NCBI GenBank assembly: GCA_965113315.1 | Contig: OZ220372.1 | From: Podarcis vaucheri | Lineage: Eukaryota | Reading direction: 5' to 3' (one strand) | Length of the DNA stretch: 64,000 nt | Part shown: positions 62,078 to 64,000 of the stretch, piece after piece | Position numbering within the stretch: the stretch's first letter is position 1 | Layout: each line of letters starts with the position of its first letter | The notes under the pieces: generated by a model | Seen by the model: only the letters and a program-made list of their open reading frames with translations | Databases searched by the model: none | Told to the model about the DNA's origin: nothing | Program-made: the position numbers and the translations under genes

Positions 62078-64000
62078 AGTTCCAACATCAAATTAGAGAT
62101 GGGAACAGAGTCTTTTTTTTTTAAGGCCTACATACATTTGTGAGCATGTGATCAGAACTCCAGTACATCTCAATGCTGCACAAACCATACATTCATAACA
62201 AATAGGGCAACTTTCCTAAACCAAAGTAGAAGCAACGAGGCAAGTTCCTTGATTTGTCACCCATACACAACCAGTGCAGCAGAAGCACATTTTTATTCTC
62301 TTTTTTTCTGTTCTATAATCATGCTTCATACAGGGCATACCTGCTGACTGTTTTGCAAGAAAACCTGGGCATTGGTTAGATCCCATTCTGTTATCTGTTA
62401 CTTAGTTTGGAAGTAGACACGTGAATTTGAGGGGAAAAAGAAAGAAAGAAAGATCAAAACAATTGGTTGGAGTTATTTTCTGAGATTTGGCAACTGTCAA
62501 CAGCATAAGTGGTGTCCTGATGGTGCCCTAGAGACAAGAAGCTGGTTCACATAATAGAATTCCAGCAAATGTCCTTTTGCTGCTTACTCTGAGGGATTGT
62601 CTCTAGTTCACTTAGTCTCACATTTATGTTGTGTTACAGAGTATTGTTGTCATCTCAAGATTTTGATGCTATGGCTCTGGTTTGTCAGGAAAGTTACCAC
62701 CACTACCCAGCTGTAAATACATTTCTGAAACTTCCTAAAACCTTATAAATGGGATTAAGTGTCCCAGAGGAGATGAAACGCTGTATCTGAACATGGCTTA
62801 AGCTAGTTTACACTCAGTGTTTTTCTCCACAAAAGCAGTCTCAGCTTTCCCAAGTTATGCCCTGACAGCTCATAGGCAATTCCTGTGGTCGCAATAGGTT
62901 GCCCCACCCATTGCTGCTACATTCATAGGAATTGCTGCTGTTGTATGCAGATGGTGTGACCTCCAGTTCACACATTGTATTTTTTTCCACATGGGCACAT
63001 ACTCTGGAATGGTCATGACTGTGCACATGGAAGAAAGAATGTATTATGTGCAGCTTTGACATTGCAAGGAATCTATGACTATTATTTGAAAACAAAAAAG
63101 AACTAGAAGATGGTGCTCAAGTATGCCAAAACCTTAAAGCACCAGTATCTGCAAAATTCTTATAGCATCATTGTCTTGAGGGTACAGTAAGACATGACAA
63201 GAGGAGAGAGGAGCAGAAATCATATTTTGGATCATGGTTGTGGTTTGTGTGTGTTTCTCTACAATGTCATGAATATCAGTGTGCGATCAACTCTGGAGCC
63301 ATGTCGTTTATACTAGGCCTTAAGGGTTCACACTGCAAAAATAACCACAAGAAGTATGTGTGTGTAAAAGCATGGTCCTTGTGTTCATATCAGACAATTC
63401 TTAAACTTAAAAGCTTTTTGCATATTGATAAAATAATCGATTGCATCATTCTCTGACTTTTCTATGAAAAGCATTTGTCCCATACACTTGTAAAGTGAAG
63501 AGGTGTAAAAAGTTAACATGGCAAAGTTATGACTGTACCCAAAAGCCCCTATAATAGTTTCAGTATTCACTGAAACTTTGGTTCGGCTGAACTAGTGTTT
63601 GTATTGCTTGAAAAAGGTACTGAAACCACAGCTGTTTTGTGGGGGATACTCAAAAATCCAGACAGATGTTTCGTTATGCCTTCGGTTGCTGAGCTGTTGT
63701 TTATATTCCTGCTTTTTCAGTTGCCCTCCAGAAAGCAGAATAATTGAGCTTGGTGTATTTCTGCCACATTGCTCAGGATATCCCAAGTGACTGATAGATG
63801 AGAACCCTACAACCCAACTTTGTAGGGCTCCTTATGTATACATGGGATGGGAAAGCATAATTAAAGACAGCTTCCCACTTTACTAAAGCAGCACCTGTCC
63901 TTGCTGCTCTCATTTATATGTCCTCATGCTGAAGCAGATAGCCATACAATGTGAAGAGCCTTTCCTTTGTCGTACATTTGCTCCTTAAGCAGCCACGACC

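Overview
Vertebrate (lacertid-lizard-like) genomic DNA. Lizard origin is inferred from full-length Sauria SINEs plus squamate-type L2, CR1, Penelope, DIRS and Tc1 relics. The whole window lies inside one + strand gene, RBFOX2 (RNA-binding Fox-1 homolog 2). Eight coding exons are read directly with GT-AG boundaries: 8292-8516, 27117/27120-27263, 36304-36357, 48704-48764, 54138-54191, 54312-54404, 55531-55663, and the muscle-type 43-nt exon M43 at 61955-61997. First exons and 3' terminal exons lie outside the window. Two expected, highly regulated exons are not visible: the 93-nt autoregulated RRM exon and the 40-nt B40 exon. Each should sit where the window has its only two N-runs (45882-46053 and 59357-59531). 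The most interesting signal is the splicing-regulatory layer: a strong candidate poison exon (46883/46890-46956, stop codon from either acceptor), weaker poison-exon candidates upstream, positioned (U)GCAUG and ACUAAC motifs, a possible RNA structure over the M43 acceptor, a perfect 42-bp-arm palindrome (33694-33778), and an inverted-SINE / phase-0-exon arrangement compatible with circRNA. This is largely a known mammalian autoregulatory system apparently conserved in a lizard. I found no supportable wholly new protein-coding system, and most ORF-track entries are intronic noise.
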